From Methanobrevibacter sp. (GTDB taxonomy: Archaea; Methanobacteriota; Methanobacteria; Methanobacteriales; Methanobacteriaceae), in the NCBI RefSeq assembly GCF_045644645.1, contig NZ_JAZRHE010000028.1:2855-34854 (forward strand): a DNA stretch of 32,000 nucleotides. The letters run 5' to 3'. The notes beneath the pieces are model-generated. The model had not been told where the DNA came from and searched no databases. It saw only the letters and a program-made list of their open reading frames with translations. The position numbers and the translations under genes were made by a program. Positions 11,266 through 20,341 of the stretch are shown here, piece after piece (position 1 is the stretch's first letter; every line of letters begins with the position of its first letter).

Positions 11266-11300
11266 ATGAGTAATTTTAACTCATCTTTTAATTTCTTTTT
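11265..11300. terminator. Bidirectional hairpin / T-tract terminator between the convergent argS and nitroreductase genes
   Basis: 7-bp stem gatgagt (11265-11271) / actcatc (11279-11285) followed by ttttaatttcttttttt. It sits in the 35-nt gap between the convergent genes. Confidence 0.45.
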
Positions 11301-11834
11301 TTAATCCACAAAGTGGATGTAATCTTCTTTTCTAGGCAACGGTTCAGGCGCTTCCATATCAGGATATCCCAAAGCCACATGCCCGATTCCTTCGTAAGTT
11401 TCTGGAATTCCCCATTCTTTTAATAATGCTTTTCCTTTTTCACTGCTAAACTCATCACGAGCTCTGTGAATCCAGCAAGATCCAACTCCAACCGCATGGG
11501 CGGCATTAACTAGAACTGTCAACACGCTAGAACCATCTTCAACATATGTTGGCATTTCACTGTTTGCCAGTACAATTAAAAGTGTTTTAGCACCATAAAA
11601 TGGGTCCATATCTTCCGGAACAGGTACTGGGAAAAAGCTTCTATTCCAAGCGGATAGTTCTTTAATTTTTTCTTCATCCTGTATAACGACAATTTTAGGT
11701 GATTGCGCGCCTCTTCCTGTTGGAGCATAAGTTCCAGTTTCCAAAATTATTTTTAAATCTTCTTTTGAGATTTGTTCGTCTTTGAATTTCCTGATGCTTC
11801 TTCTGGTTTTTAAGTCTTCAATTGTTCGGTTCAT
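11301..11834 (-). CDS. Nitroreductase family protein
   Basis: 177 aa. The N-terminal TRRSIRKFKDEQISKEDL and overall length match the FMN-dependent nitroreductase fold. Confidence 0.8.
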   Translation of the reverse strand: MNRTIEDLKTRRSIRKFKDEQISKEDLKIILETGTYAPTGRGAQSPKIVVIQDEEKIKELSAWNRSFFPVPVPEDMDPFYGAKTLLIVLANSEMPTYVEDGSSVLTVLVNAAHAVGVGSCWIHRARDEFSSEKGKALLKEWGIPETYEGIGHVALGYPDMEAPEPLPRKEDYIHFVD

Positions 11835-12247
11835 ATTAACCCCTCGCTGATCTTTCTAAGTGTTTCTAAAAAATTATCATACTCTTCATCGGTTAAGCTT
11901 TCTTTGATTTTTTCATCCCATTCTTCATCATAATCCATAATCTTTTTGGCGGTTTTTTTGCCTTTCGGCGTTACTTTAATTATTTTTTTTCTTTTATCCT
12001 TGATTCTTTCAATGAATCCCTTTTCTTCAAGTTTTTTAAGGTTTCTTGTTATTGTGCTTTCGTTTAAATGAAAATCATGAGCTAATTGCTCTTGACTGAT
12101 TCCTTCATTTCTATATATTTTAATTAAAAGTGGATGGAGGCCAAAGCTTAAATCATCCTCTTTTACAATTTCGTTGATGTATTTGGCATGCTCTCTATAA
12201 ATTATAGAAACAAATGGTGCTGTTGGAATATTTTCATCAAACTGCAT
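11831..12247 (-). CDS. MarR family transcriptional regulator
   Basis: 138 aa. Winged-HTH region ISQEQLAHDFHLNESTITRNLKKLEEKGFIERIKDKRDKR-like. Overlaps the downstream nitroreductase by 4 nt and the upstream MATE gene by 11 nt. Confidence 0.85.
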   Translation of the reverse strand: MQFDENIPTAPFVSIIYREHAKYINEIVKEDDLSFGLHPLLIKIYRNEGISQEQLAHDFHLNESTITRNLKKLEEKGFIERIKDKRKKIIKVTPKGKKTAKKIMDYDEEWDEKIKESLTDEEYDNFLETLRKISEGLI

Positions 12248-13607
12248 TGTTTTTGCTCCTGATTAATTTGTTGATGTAAAGTTCGATGCATGCATAACAT
12301 ATGAGGGATCCTATTCCTCCTCCGAGAAGCATTCCACAATATATTCCAAACTCACCCATGTTAAAGGTGAATCCTAAGAGATATGCGAATATCAACACTA
12401 GTATGAATTCCCGGAATGCAGTTAATATGAATGATATTGTTCCCTTTCCGACACCCTGGAAAACATTACCTGCACTGGCTCCAAATGGAACATATAATAT
12501 GAATAGGCACATTATCTGCAGGAAACTTGCTATTAGGGGTTCCAATTGTGCACTGCTTTGTGAATATGAGAAGATAAATGCGATTTGGTTTGCAAACACA
12601 TTCAAAATAATACACACGATAATTGAAGCTATTAATGCTACCTTCACGCTATATCTTGCAGTAACCCTCAAGTTTTCATATTTTCTCGCACCAAATGCAA
12701 CTCCTGCCACTGATATTGCTGCAGTTCCAACTCCAATTGCCGGAAGCATTCCGATATTTACTATTCTCCATCCTGCGGTATAAACTGCTACTGATGTTGG
12801 CCCGGACACAATTGTGAGCATATAATTTATGAATATTGTCAGGACTGATAATACCAGCTGTTCCAAACTGGCGGGAATACCTACAACTAAAATGTCCTTA
12901 TACATTATGAGGTCATTATGGAAGTCTTTAAGGTTATATGAAAGATAGGTGTCCTTTTTAACAAAAATCCAATAAAACATTAATCCCAAACTTATGAGGG
13001 GTCCCAGCACTGTTGCCCATGCAGCCCCTTTTATTCCCATTCCTAACGTGTAGATGAAAATAGGGTCTAGAATCATGTTGATTATTGCCGCAAGTGCAAT
13101 CGGTACTGTAGCACGTTTGATGTCCCCTTCCGCTCTGAATGCTCCTCCCACTATTGGAGGTATTAAAAGCGCAAATGTACATGAAAATATGATAAATCCA
13201 TAGTCTGTTGCGTAGTTTATGACGCTGCTTGCGCCCATCATGTTGAGCATCGGTTCCATTAGAATAACAAAGATGATTGAAATTATAATGGACACGATAA
13301 TACTTAGGATAAGGTTGTGTATTGCCGCATTGTTTGCTGAAGCCCTGTCTTCCGCTCCAATGTATCTTGAAATCAATGAATTGCCGCCGGCTCCAAGACC
13401 ATTTCCGAATCCAACAATAATCATGAATAATGGTGTAATATATCCCAAAGCCGCAAGCGGTTCTGCACCTAGTCCCGCTACCCAGATACTGTCGATAATG
13501 TTGTTTGCAAATATTAGGAACATACTTGCTATAATGGGTAGGGCCAACTTGTTAATGGCCTTTTTGGGGTCTCCTGTAATCATTTCAATATTTTCATTCT
13601 TTTCCAT
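12237..13607 (-). CDS. MATE family efflux transporter
   Basis: 456 aa with about 12 hydrophobic helices. The N-terminus (KKAINKLALPIIASMFLIFANNIIDSIWVAGLG) and the internal duplication are typical of MATE/NorM-like transporters. Confidence 0.85.
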   Translation of the reverse strand: MEKNENIEMITGDPKKAINKLALPIIASMFLIFANNIIDSIWVAGLGAEPLAALGYITPLFMIIVGFGNGLGAGGNSLISRYIGAEDRASANNAAIHNLILSIIVSIIISIIFVILMEPMLNMMGASSVINYATDYGFIIFSCTFALLIPPIVGGAFRAEGDIKRATVPIALAAIINMILDPIFIYTLGMGIKGAAWATVLGPLISLGLMFYWIFVKKDTYLSYNLKDFHNDLIMYKDILVVGIPASLEQLVLSVLTIFINYMLTIVSGPTSVAVYTAGWRIVNIGMLPAIGVGTAAISVAGVAFGARKYENLRVTARYSVKVALIASIIVCIILNVFANQIAFIFSYSQSSAQLEPLIASFLQIMCLFILYVPFGASAGNVFQGVGKGTISFILTAFREFILVLIFAYLLGFTFNMGEFGIYCGMLLGGGIGSLICYACIELYINKLIRSKNNAV

Positions 13608-13620
13608 AATTTACCTCAAT

Positions 13621-13654
13621 CTTGCATATGCAATTATACTCTTGTATATGCAAG
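13621..13654. promoter_or_regulatory. Inverted-repeat operator candidate in the MATE/purD divergent promoter region
   Basis: cttgcatat (13621-13629) and atatgcaag (13646-13654) are perfect 9-bp inverted arms. Two half-palindromic copies, cttgcatatgcaa and cttgtatatgcaag, lie 20 bp apart. The site is 14-47 nt upstream of the MATE start codon. Confidence 0.5.
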
Positions 13655-13721
13655 TGTCAGTATATAAAGTTAATGTTAAATATTTTTAAGGATATAGTTT
13701 AAACTAATAGGAGACTCGATT

Positions 13722-15032
13722 ATGAAAGTTTTAGTAGTTGGAACTGGTGCTCGTGAACATGCTATTGCTGATGCCCTAAAAGATGATGTTGAATTATACT
13801 GCTACATGAGTAAAATTAACCCTGGAATGTCTAAAATTGCAGAATTTAAGCAAGGTGATGAAGGGGAAGTAGAAAAGGTAGCGGAATTTGCTGTTGAAAA
13901 TGATATTGAAATTGCATTTATCGGTCCTGAAGCTCCACTTGGAAAAGGAATTGTCGATGAGCTTCAAAAAAATGGAATCAAATGTGTCGGACCGACCCAA
14001 AGTGCGGCAAGAATCGAAACTGATAAGTCATTTATGAGAAAGCTTTTTGAAGATTATGAAATCGAAGGATCACTTGTTTATAAAGTATTTGATAACTCTG
14101 AAGATGTCTCTAAATTCCTGGATGAATTCGATAGGGATGTTGTAGTAAAACCGGTAGGATTAACTGGCGGTAAGGGAGTTAAGATTGTAGGTGACCACTT
14201 AAAAGACAATGAGGAAGCAAAGGAATACTCATGTGAAGTCATTGATAATGAAATGGGTGGTTTTGCTCAAGTGATTATTGAAGAGAGATTGATTGGAGAA
14301 GAATTCACCATTCAGGCATTCTGTGATGGGGAACATTTGGCTCCAATGCCTGCAGCACAGGACCATCCTCATGCATTTGAAGGGGATGTTGGTGCTATTA
14401 CTGGAGGTATGGGTTCATACTCTGATGTTGGTGGATTGTTGCCATTCTTAACTCAAGAGGATTATGATAAGGCTGTAGAAATCATGCAAGCAACTTTGAA
14501 GGCTATTGCTGAGGAAGCAGAACCATACAAAGGGATTCTGTATGGTCAGTTCATGCTGACCGCTGATGGACCAAGACTCATTGAATACAATGCAAGATTT
14601 GGAGACCCTGAAGCAATGAATGTGTTGCCACTTTTAAAAACTCCATTAGTCGATGTATGTCAAGCTATTGTTGATGGCACTTTGGATAAGGTGGAATTTG
14701 AAGACAAAGCCAGCGTATGTAAATACATTGTGCCTGACGGATATCCAGAAACAGAATATGCAGGCGAATTGATTGAAATAGATGAGGAAGCTATCGAGGA
14801 TTTGGGTGCTAAAGTGTTCTATGCGGCAGTAAGCCAGGAAGATGATGGAATTCACTTGTCAGGTTCAAGGGCATTGGGTATTGTAGCTGGTGGCAAATCC
14901 ATTGAAGAGGCTGAAAAAATAGCTGAAAAGGCATGTGAATTTGTTAAGGGTAATGTTTACCACAGAAGGGATGTCGGTACAACAGAACTTGTTAACAAAC
15001 GTGTTGAACACATGAAAGAAATTTTAAACTAA
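13722..15032 (+). CDS. purD: Phosphoribosylamine-glycine ligase
   Basis: 436 aa. N-terminus [16 protein letters not shown], an ATP-grasp core, and RFGDPEAM. aggag lies upstream at 13709-13713. Confidence 0.93.
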   Translation: MKVLVVGTGAREHAIADALKDDVELYCYMSKINPGMSKIAEFKQGDEGEVEKVAEFAVENDIEIAFIGPEAPLGKGIVDELQKNGIKCVGPTQSAARIETDKSFMRKLFEDYEIEGSLVYKVFDNSEDVSKFLDEFDRDVVVKPVGLTGGKGVKIVGDHLKDNEEAKEYSCEVIDNEMGGFAQVIIEERLIGEEFTIQAFCDGEHLAPMPAAQDHPHAFEGDVGAITGGMGSYSDVGGLLPFLTQEDYDKAVEIMQATLKAIAEEAEPYKGILYGQFMLTADGPRLIEYNARFGDPEAMNVLPLLKTPLVDVCQAIVDGTLDKVEFEDKASVCKYIVPDGYPETEYAGELIEIDEEAIEDLGAKVFYAAVSQEDDGIHLSGSRALGIVAGGKSIEEAEKIAEKACEFVKGNVYHRRDVGTTELVNKRVEHMKEILN

Positions 15033-15060
15033 ATTTCTTTTATTTCTTTTTTTTGATATT

Positions 15061-15873
15061 ATGAATGAGACTAATCCTGATGAGTTGGAAAAGATAAGGG
15101 AAGATATTCAGGAAAAAATCATTATTTTAAAAGACAATACAGAATCTGATGAGGAATTAGAAAAGTTAGGAAATTTTGAATCATATTTTTCTTCTAAAAT
15201 TCCAAAAAAAGAGGAAAAAACTAAAAATAAAGATTTAAAAAATAATTTAAGCTTTAAGGATGCTTTAGAAAAGGATCTTAACATAGACCCTAGTCGTTTG
15301 GTAGGGCTCACCGATGGAATATTCGGGATGGTGATGACACTTTTAGTATTTGGTATTGCGCTTCCGGAATTGCAGATTACAGATTATTCTACATTTTTAT
15401 CGTTTTTCACATCTTTAGCCCCTACAATTGGAGTGACAATAGTTAGTTTTGTATTGATAAGCTCATTTTGGGTTTACCATCATGAGTTCATAAAACTGAA
15501 TAAGGTCAATTTTCCAGTTTTGTGGCTTAATATCTTCTATTTGATTTGCATCTCATTCATTCCATTTTCCACTTCACTGATTGGGAATTATTCGCATTTC
15601 TTTTTGTCTGAGGTCATATTTGGAATTAATATCCTGTTGACAATATTGGCATTCCTTTTATTGTATGATTATACCAGCAAAAGAGATTTCCTAGAAAATC
15701 ATCCTTCAAAAAAAGAGAAGAAATATGTGCATCATACATTTTTAATCATTATGGGATTAACGGTTATTGTAAATCTCCTAGACTTCAATATCTCACGAAG
15801 GTTCATTTACCTTTTCCTGCTTGTTCCTATAATATCCACATTAAGAGACATTAAATATAAAATGAAATCATAG
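15061..15873 (+). CDS. DUF1211 / TMEM175-like membrane protein (putative K+ channel family)
   Basis: 270 aa. The first TM helix carries RLVGLTDGIFGMVMTLLV, resembling the RxxxFSDGVFAIAITLLV signature. About six hydrophobic helices follow a ~75-aa charged N-terminal region. Confidence 0.65.
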   Translation: MNETNPDELEKIREDIQEKIIILKDNTESDEELEKLGNFESYFSSKIPKKEEKTKNKDLKNNLSFKDALEKDLNIDPSRLVGLTDGIFGMVMTLLVFGIALPELQITDYSTFLSFFTSLAPTIGVTIVSFVLISSFWVYHHEFIKLNKVNFPVLWLNIFYLICISFIPFSTSLIGNYSHFFLSEVIFGINILLTILAFLLLYDYTSKRDFLENHPSKKEKKYVHHTFLIIMGLTVIVNLLDFNISRRFIYLFLLVPIISTLRDIKYKMKS

Positions 15874-15935
15874 AAACATTTAATATGTATACTTAACATA
15901 TATCTTTTTTTATAATAATATGAGGGGAATTTTTA

Positions 15936-16841
15936 ATGAGCAGTTTATTATCTGTTTGTGATATTAAGGAGGATGTGAAATATATCCTTGATTTGGCTAG
16001 TAGAATTAAAGCGGGTGAGATGGAAGAAAAACCTCTGGAAGGTAAGACATTAGCAATGATTTTCCAGAAGTCATCAACAAGAACTAGGGTTTCTTTCGAT
16101 GTTGGAATGTATCAATTAGGCGGAAGGGCAATCTTTTTGTCTTCTAATGACTTGCAAATGGGTAGAGGAGAGCCAATTTCAGACACCGCAAAAGTTTTAA
16201 GCCGTTTCGTTGATGGAATAATGATTCGTGCGATTGAACATGATGATGTTGTTGAGCTAGCTAAATATTCAGATGTCCCTGTTATTAGCGGATTAACTAA
16301 TTTGGAACATCCCTGCCAAGCACTTGCCGACATGTTAACAATCAAAGAACATTTGGGTGACTGGGAAGGTAAAAAAATCTGCTTTGCTGGTGATGGAAAT
16401 AATGTCTGTAATTCCCTTTTATTAATTGCTCCACTTTTAGGAATGGACATGTCCGTTGCCTGTCCTAAAGGTTATGAACCTAACGAGGAAATTTTAAAAA
16501 CTGCTCAGGAATTTGCCAGTGAAAACAACACTGAAATTATTGTCAGTGATGATATTAATGTCGCTTTGGATAATGTTGATGTAGTCTATACTGACGTTTG
16601 GGTAAGTATGGGTGATGAAGCTGAAGCAAAACAAAGGGAGATGGACTTGTCTCCTTTCCAAGTCAATTCTGATTTGATGAGTATAGCTAATGATGGGGCT
16701 ATTTTCATGCATTGCCTGCCTGCAATTAGAGGTCAAGAGGTTACAGCAGATGTTATTGACGGTCCTAATTCCGTAGTTTATGATGAGGCTGAAAATAGGA
16801 TGCATGCTCAAAAGGCTGTTTTGTATTATTATTTAAAATGA
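15936..16841 (+). CDS. argF: Ornithine carbamoyltransferase
   Basis: 301 aa. Motifs SSTRTRVSF, HPCQALAD, DVWVSMGDE and HCLPA discriminate OTCase from ATCase. Confidence 0.92.
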   Translation: MSSLLSVCDIKEDVKYILDLASRIKAGEMEEKPLEGKTLAMIFQKSSTRTRVSFDVGMYQLGGRAIFLSSNDLQMGRGEPISDTAKVLSRFVDGIMIRAIEHDDVVELAKYSDVPVISGLTNLEHPCQALADMLTIKEHLGDWEGKKICFAGDGNNVCNSLLLIAPLLGMDMSVACPKGYEPNEEILKTAQEFASENNTEIIVSDDINVALDNVDVVYTDVWVSMGDEAEAKQREMDLSPFQVNSDLMSIANDGAIFMHCLPAIRGQEVTADVIDGPNSVVYDEAENRMHAQKAVLYYYLK

Positions 16842-17081
16842 TCCGAATATTGCAAATACAATAAAAATTACAATTATACAAAAACAACAAGCTAACCAGT
16901 CATTACCGCCTTTATTATTTGATGTTGTAGTGGTTTGTTGTTGACTATTATTTTGCTGATAGCCGGGTGCTTCAACAATTTCAACTTTTTTCACTACCTC
17001 TTCTTTTCTTAATGGGGCACCGCAATTCTTGCAGTATTTAGCTTCATCCGGATTTTCTTCCCCGCAATTATAGCAAAACAT
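16833..17081 (-). CDS. Zinc-ribbon membrane protein
   Basis: 82 aa. CYNCG...CKNCG zinc ribbon, a Q/N/T-rich linker, and a C-terminal TM helix (WLACCFCIIVIFIVFAIFG). A strong aggggga lies 6-7 nt upstream of the ATG. Confidence 0.7.
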   Translation of the reverse strand: MFCYNCGEENPDEAKYCKNCGAPLRKEEVVKKVEIVEAPGYQQNNSQQQTTTTSNNKGGNDWLACCFCIIVIFIVFAIFGSF

Positions 17082-17403
17082 TTAAAATCCCCCTAATAAC
17101 TATTTTTAAAAATATTATTAAACCGATTCCACCGACAAAACCTGTTATGAATCTTAATGTGTTTGTGCTTTCTCTTGGACCAAAATATTGTGTAAACCCG
17201 TCAATTGCCACTGGTATCATTAACATGATTGAGATTATCAGGGTGTTGATGCCATAATTAATCTTGAAGAAGTGATTCCAAATCAAAAACACAATCAAAC
17301 CGGTGTAAAAACCGGTACACCTGGCACAAACTGGGAACTGGTGGCCTTTGATAAAGAAACTTCTCTCCGGTTTTCTATGACATATATATTTTGTTAATTC
17401 CAT
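17068..17403 (-). CDS. DUF2085 family membrane protein
   Basis: 111 aa. Signature CHRKPERSFFIKGHQFPVCARCTG followed by three hydrophobic helices. Its stop overlaps the zinc-ribbon gene start by 14 nt. Confidence 0.7.
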   Translation of the reverse strand: MELTKYICHRKPERSFFIKGHQFPVCARCTGFYTGLIVFLIWNHFFKINYGINTLIISIMLMIPVAIDGFTQYFGPRESTNTLRFITGFVGGIGLIIFLKIVIRGILNVLL

Positions 17404-17501
17404 ACTATCGACACAAGTTTAGTACATTAAGTATATTTTCAATAATTATATATATTTTTGTATTCATAAGTTATTGTATAATATATAAAAAGGTTATTAC
17501 A

Positions 17502-19196
17502 ATGAGAGGCGGAGAAGCGATAATTGAATCCCTCAAAAACATGGGGGTAAAAACAATATTTGGTTATCCTGGCGGACAAACCATACCATTTTACGATATG
17601 TTATATGACTCAGATATGGAGCATATATTAGTAAGGCACGAACAATGCGCAGCTCATGCAGCAGATGGATATGCAAGGGCTTCTGGTAAAGTTGGTGTGT
17701 GTGTGGCAACTTCAGGTCCTGGTGCAACCAACTTGGTCACTGGTATTGCTACTGCATATATGGATTCTTCTCCAATCATGGCTATTACTGGACAAGTTCC
17801 CACTCATTTAATTGGTAACGACGCTTTTCAGGAAGCGGATATTATTGGAATTACAATGCCCATTACAAAACATAGTTTTCAGCCTAAAGATCCAGATTTA
17901 ATACCTTCAATGATTAAATCTAGCTATGAAATAGCTAGAAGCGGAAGGCCCGGACCTGTCTTAATCGATGTTCCGAAAGAAGTTCAGGAAGGTGAACTGT
18001 CCAAATTTGATGATTCTTTAATCGATACTCCAGGCTATAACCCTACAATTAAAGGCAATATCAGACAAATTAAAAAAGCTCGTGATTTGATAAAAGATGC
18101 TAAAAAACCCATGATATTGGCTGGTGCTGGTGTTATTATTTCCAATGCATGTTGTGAGCTTAAAAAACTTTCAGACACAATTGATGCTCCAGTGATGACT
18201 TCACTTTTAGGTAAAGGGGCTATTGATGAAACTAGTGATTTGGCATTAGGCATGCTTGGCATGCATGGAAGGAAAGTTTCAAACGATTATATTAACGATG
18301 CTGATTTGCTAATTGCAATTGGTATTAGATTCTCAGACAGAACAACCGGAAGATTGGACAGTTTTGTTCCAGATACAAAAGTCATTCATATTGATATTGA
18401 TCCGGCAGAAATCGGCAAGAATGTGGATGTTGATTTGCCGATTGTAGGAGATGCAAAAAATATATTGTCTTCATTGAATAAGCTTTTGGGAGATTATGAG
18501 GTATCTGATGATGTTAAATCATGGGCAGATATGATTAAACAGAAAAAACAAGAGTTGCTTCCTAGAGTTACTTATGATGATGTTCCATTAAAACCGCAAA
18601 GCGTTATAAAAGAAATTTCAGAAGTATTAACTCCAGATTCAATATTGACAACTGATGTGGGTCAGAATCAGATGTGGGCAGCACATTTCTACAATACTCA
18701 AAAACCACGTAAATTCATATCATCCGGCGGTCTTGGAACTATGGGATTCGGATTCCCTTCAGCCATTGGTGCTAAAGTAGCTTGTCCAGATGACCCTGTC
18801 GTTTCTATTAATGGGGATGGCGGATTCTTAATGGTCTGTCAGGAATTGGCTACCGTTCGCGAGTATGATATACCGGTCATTGCTGTTGTATTAGAGAATA
18901 GGACCTTAGGAATGGTTTATCAATGGCAAAGTTTATTGTATGATGAAAGGCACTCTCAAACTTTGATTGGCAATAGTCCGGACTTTGTTAAATTGGCTGA
19001 AAGTTTTGGAGTAAATGCAGTTAAAATTACAGAACCTGGTGAAACTAAAGAAGCTTTATCCAGTGCAATAAAAGATAATGAACCGATTTTATTAAATGTT
19101 GTAGTTGATTCAGAAGAATCGTTGCCTATGCTTCCTCCAGGAGCAGGAATTAATGAAATGATTGGTGAGTATAAACTTGAAAAGGATGTGATTTAA
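17502..19196 (+). CDS. ilvB: Acetolactate synthase, large (catalytic) subunit
   Basis: Begins MRGGEAIIESLKNMGVKTIFGYPGG. ThDP motif GGLGTMGFGFPSAIGAK...GDGGFLM. The 37-codon upstream extension in the track ORF (17391) is hydrophobic AT-rich noise overlapping the divergent gene. Confidence 0.93.
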   Translation: MRGGEAIIESLKNMGVKTIFGYPGGQTIPFYDMLYDSDMEHILVRHEQCAAHAADGYARASGKVGVCVATSGPGATNLVTGIATAYMDSSPIMAITGQVPTHLIGNDAFQEADIIGITMPITKHSFQPKDPDLIPSMIKSSYEIARSGRPGPVLIDVPKEVQEGELSKFDDSLIDTPGYNPTIKGNIRQIKKARDLIKDAKKPMILAGAGVIISNACCELKKLSDTIDAPVMTSLLGKGAIDETSDLALGMLGMHGRKVSNDYINDADLLIAIGIRFSDRTTGRLDSFVPDTKVIHIDIDPAEIGKNVDVDLPIVGDAKNILSSLNKLLGDYEVSDDVKSWADMIKQKKQELLPRVTYDDVPLKPQSVIKEISEVLTPDSILTTDVGQNQMWAAHFYNTQKPRKFISSGGLGTMGFGFPSAIGAKVACPDDPVVSINGDGGFLMVCQELATVREYDIPVIAVVLENRTLGMVYQWQSLLYDERHSQTLIGNSPDFVKLAESFGVNAVKITEPGETKEALSSAIKDNEPILLNVVVDSEESLPMLPPGAGINEMIGEYKLEKDVI

Positions 19197-19682
19197 ATGG
19201 ATTTAGAATACCATATTATTTCCACATTAGTTGAAGATAAACCAGGTGTTTTACAAAAGGTAGCGGGATTATTCAACAGAAGGGGATTTAACATTGACAG
19301 CATCACCGTTGGAAACTCTGAAGTTGAAGGGCTGTCTCGCATGGTTATCTCTGTTCATGCAGATAAAAAAGGTTTGGAACAGGTCACTAAACAACTAAAC
19401 AAATTAGTTGATGTTATCAAGATTAAAGATATTACTAAAAATGCTGTTAAAAGGGAATTATGCCTTGTTAAGGTTAATATTCCTAATGCAAAAGCAAGAG
19501 CTGAAATAATGCAATATTCTAATATTTTCAGAGCAAAAATTCTTGATGTTACAGAAGAAACATTATTAATTGAGCTGACTGGGGATAAGAAAAAAATCAA
19601 TGCATTTATATCTTTATTAGAGAATTATGGGATTAAAAAAATTGCCCGTACAGGTCTCACAGCTATGGCTAGGGGAGTATAA
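19197..19682 (+). CDS. ilvN: Acetolactate synthase, small (regulatory) subunit
   Basis: 161 aa. ACT domain HIISTLVEDKPGVLQKVAGLFNRRGFNIDSITVG. The ATG directly abuts the ilvB stop. Confidence 0.92.
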   Translation: MDLEYHIISTLVEDKPGVLQKVAGLFNRRGFNIDSITVGNSEVEGLSRMVISVHADKKGLEQVTKQLNKLVDVIKIKDITKNAVKRELCLVKVNIPNAKARAEIMQYSNIFRAKILDVTEETLLIELTGDKKKINAFISLLENYGIKKIARTGLTAMARGV

Positions 19683-19683
19683 A

Positions 19684-20211
19684 ATGACAATATTAGAGAA
19701 TGTTTTAGAAGATAATAAAAAGTTTGTTGAAAATTTTGAAGGCAAAGAAATGTCTCACCATGCTCAAAAAAAGTTAGCAATCTTAACATGTATGGATTGC
19801 AGATTAATTGACTTTTTTGAACCGGCTTTAGGACTTGAAAGAGGAGATGCAAAAATAGTTAGAAATGCTGGAAACTCAATTGTTGGTGAAGATGCAATCA
19901 GATCTATCGGAGCAGCTCTTTACAATTTAGGTTGTGAAGAGGTATTGGTTGTAGGTCACACAGAATGCGGTATGGCTGGTGCAGATGCCGAGGCTTTAAA
20001 GGAAAAAATGCTTGCTCGTGGCATTGCTGAAGAAGACATTGCTAAATATGATTTGGCTGAATGGATTGGTGGATTTGAAGACGAAGAAGAAAATGTTAAA
20101 AACGTCGTAGAAAAAATCAAGAATCATCCGTTAATCCCTGATGTGCCGGTACATGGCCTTATAATCGATATTGTAACTGGTGAGTTGAAAGTTTTAGTAG
20201 ATGGTTATTAA
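19684..20211 (+). CDS. cab: Beta-class carbonic anhydrase (Cab type)
   Basis: 175 aa. Zinc ligands sit in LTCMDCRL and VVGHTECGM. RGDAKIVRNAGN, and an overall strong resemblance to my recollection of the Methanothermobacter Cab sequence. ATG 19684 is 1 nt after the ilvN stop. Confidence 0.88.
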   Translation: MTILENVLEDNKKFVENFEGKEMSHHAQKKLAILTCMDCRLIDFFEPALGLERGDAKIVRNAGNSIVGEDAIRSIGAALYNLGCEEVLVVGHTECGMAGADAEALKEKMLARGIAEEDIAKYDLAEWIGGFEDEEENVKNVVEKIKNHPLIPDVPVHGLIIDIVTGELKVLVDGY

Positions 20212-20217
20212 TCATCT

Positions 20218-20238
20218 ATTTTCTTTATTATTTTTTTT
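20218..20238 (+). terminator. Oligo-T termination tract after cab
   Basis: ttttctttattatttttttt includes an 8-T run at 20231-20238, followed by a 100-nt AT-rich spacer before ilvC. Confidence 0.45.
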
Positions 20239-20341
20239 AAGATATGTTTATAAACATTGAAACATATAAATAACTAAATGATATTTTATTTAGATATCTA
20301 AAATTTTTATTATTTAATTAAAAATCAAGAGATGATTTTAA

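Noticed and set aside
12301-13689. Long plus-strand ORFs (12301..12783, 13219..13689; also 12958..13182 on the minus strand) overlapping the MATE transporter gene
   Set aside because: They are antisense or alternative frames of a confidently identified 456-aa MATE gene. Their translations are low-complexity with no motifs. Long shadow ORFs are expected opposite hydrophobic, codon-biased genes.
17391-17501. N-terminal extensions of track ORFs: ilvB 17391, hemL 7804, cab 19627, fae-hps 28987, and the membrane protein up to 25764
   Set aside because: In each case an internal ATG with a GGTGA/GGAGG-like site begins the conserved protein N-terminus. The extension also overlaps the neighbouring gene or a promoter region.
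20244-20302. Perfect palindromes atgtttataaacat (20244-20257) and tttagatatctaaa (20289-20302) upstream of ilvC
   Set aside because: They could be regulator sites, but short AT-only palindromes arise easily by chance in ~80% AT intergenic DNA and overlap likely TATA elements. There is not enough support without comparative data.
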